Assembly (NCBI GenBank): GCA_963842525.1
Contig: CAWJGT010000006.1
Location: 1 to 64,000 of the forward strand
DNA length: 64,000 nt
Direction of reading: 5' to 3'
Source of the DNA: an uncultured Holophagales bacterium
Lineage (GTDB): Bacteria; Acidobacteriota; Thermoanaerobaculia; Multivoradales; UBA5704
Shown: piece after piece, positions 63,086 to 64,000 of the stretch
Position numbering within the stretch: the stretch's first letter is position 1
Layout of the letters: each line of letters begins with the position of its first letter
Program-made: the position numbers and the translations under genes
Notes under the pieces: generated by a model
Seen by the model: only the letters and a program-made list of their open reading frames with translations
The model's database searches: none
What the model was told of the DNA's origin: nothing

Positions 63086-64000
63086 GCGGCGGCCTCGGAG
63101 AGCAGGACGAGGATGGCGGTCTGGTTGTAGAAGGCGAGGCTGCCGCCAGGGGTGGGGCCGATCTCGCCGAAGGTGAAGAAACCGGAGAGGGCGACGCCGC
63201 CCAGGGCGCGGTGGATGGCGGCCGCCTCGCTGCCGGCCATCTCGTCCAGCACCTGCTCGCGGCCGACGCAGGAGTAGAGGATCGCCGCCTCGGGCTCCTG
63301 CCCGGCGCGGAGCTGGGAGGCGGTCTCGACCAGGGAGAGGTCGTTGCCCATGCCGAGCCGGACCTGATCTCCTTCAGCCACGCTCCCCCAATAGGAGACG
63401 GCGCCCGGCGGATCGTCGAAGGCCAGCATGCTGCGGTAGAGGCCCTGCCGCTCGGCTGCCGGCCCCTCCACGATGAGGGGGAAGCGCCAAGCGGTGTCGG
63501 GCATGGGAGCGAGCTCGCCGCCGATGGTGAAGAAGCGCCGGTACCAGTCCGTCGCCGGCTCGTCGTCGATCTCGTAGAGGACGTTCCCGGCGGCGCGGGT
63601 GACGGTGTAGATGGGGCTCGCCGGGCTCCACCCGCGTACGACCTCGACGCGCATCGAGATGCCATGCAGGAGGACGGCGACGCAGGCGGCCGGCAGGAGG
63701 CGGTCCTGGACGAAGACGCGCGCTCCGGACTTGACCGGGGGGATCTCCTGCGAGGCGAGGCCGCCGGCGACCAGCGGGGCCGCCTCACCCCGCAGGGCCT
63801 CGCGCAGCGCGCCCAGGAAGCGCTCGGTCGGGAAGCGCAGGCCGTCGGCGATCAGCAGAACGCCGTCGGCCCCGGCGAGCCGCCCGGCCAGGGCTTCGAC
63901 GGCCGCCTGGGACGGGGGCTCCTCCTGGGTACCGGGGACGACCTCGACCTCGACGCGGTGGCCAGGGTCCGCGAGCCAGAAGAGCTGCAGGCTCCCCGCG
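63082..64000 (-). CDS. FIST/NosP-like sensor, 5' end outside the window
   Basis: LIADG, LVAGGLA, GWSP...VTRA.GNVLYEID, YSCVGR, GFFTFGEI, FYNQT; overlaps the GGDEF-EAL start. Confidence 0.88.
   Translation of the reverse strand, partial: AGSLQLFWLADPGHRVEVEVVPGTQEEPPSQAAVEALAGRLAGADGVLLIADGLRFPTERFLGALREALRGEAAPLVAGGLASQEIPPVKSGARVFVQDRLLPAACVAVLLHGISMRVEVVRGWSPASPIYTVTRAAGNVLYEIDDEPATDWYRRFFTIGGELAPMPDTAWRFPLIVEGPAAERQGLYRSMLAFDDPPGAVSYWGSVAEGDQVRLGMGNDLSLVETASQLRAGQEPEAAILYSCVGREQVLDEMAGSEAAAIHRALGGVALSGFFTFGEIGPTPGGSLAFYNQTAILVLLSEAAA

Overview
The window looks like two genomes joined at about nt 9,915. Nt 1-9,915 is Streptomyces-like and full of frameshifts: the end of a trypsin-like protease, a DUF7455-type protein, topoisomerase IV subunit B, a two-component pair, DUF485 with an acetate symporter, a CitB-type regulator and a broken ABC transporter. 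Nt 9,916-64,000 comes from a different high-GC bacterium, most plausibly an Acidobacteriota (Thermoanaerobaculia-like; inference). It carries housekeeping genes (hsp20, rplU-rpmA-obgE-nadD-rsfS, K+ transport, a Gld-like ABC system, amino-acid permeases, GGDEF/EAL and FIST proteins) and an accessory or conflict region at about 23-45.6 kb. That region holds (i) a minus-strand cluster with two CHAT-protease/SIR2-like + STAND-NTPase/WD40 gene pairs, an inserted AbrB/PIN toxin-antitoxin module, a lipoprotein and a caspase/gingipain-like protease-TIR fusion, facing a TPR-sensor-patatin gene. It also holds (ii) the strongest candidate for an undescribed system: a structured, repeat-containing leader closed by a perfect 18-bp inverted repeat, followed by an NDT/TIR-like protein fused to three S1 RNA-binding domains, then a protein fusing an archaeal-type Alba domain to a PIN ribonuclease. 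All domain calls come from reading motifs by eye; no searches were run. Many single-base frameshifts are probably long-read errors.
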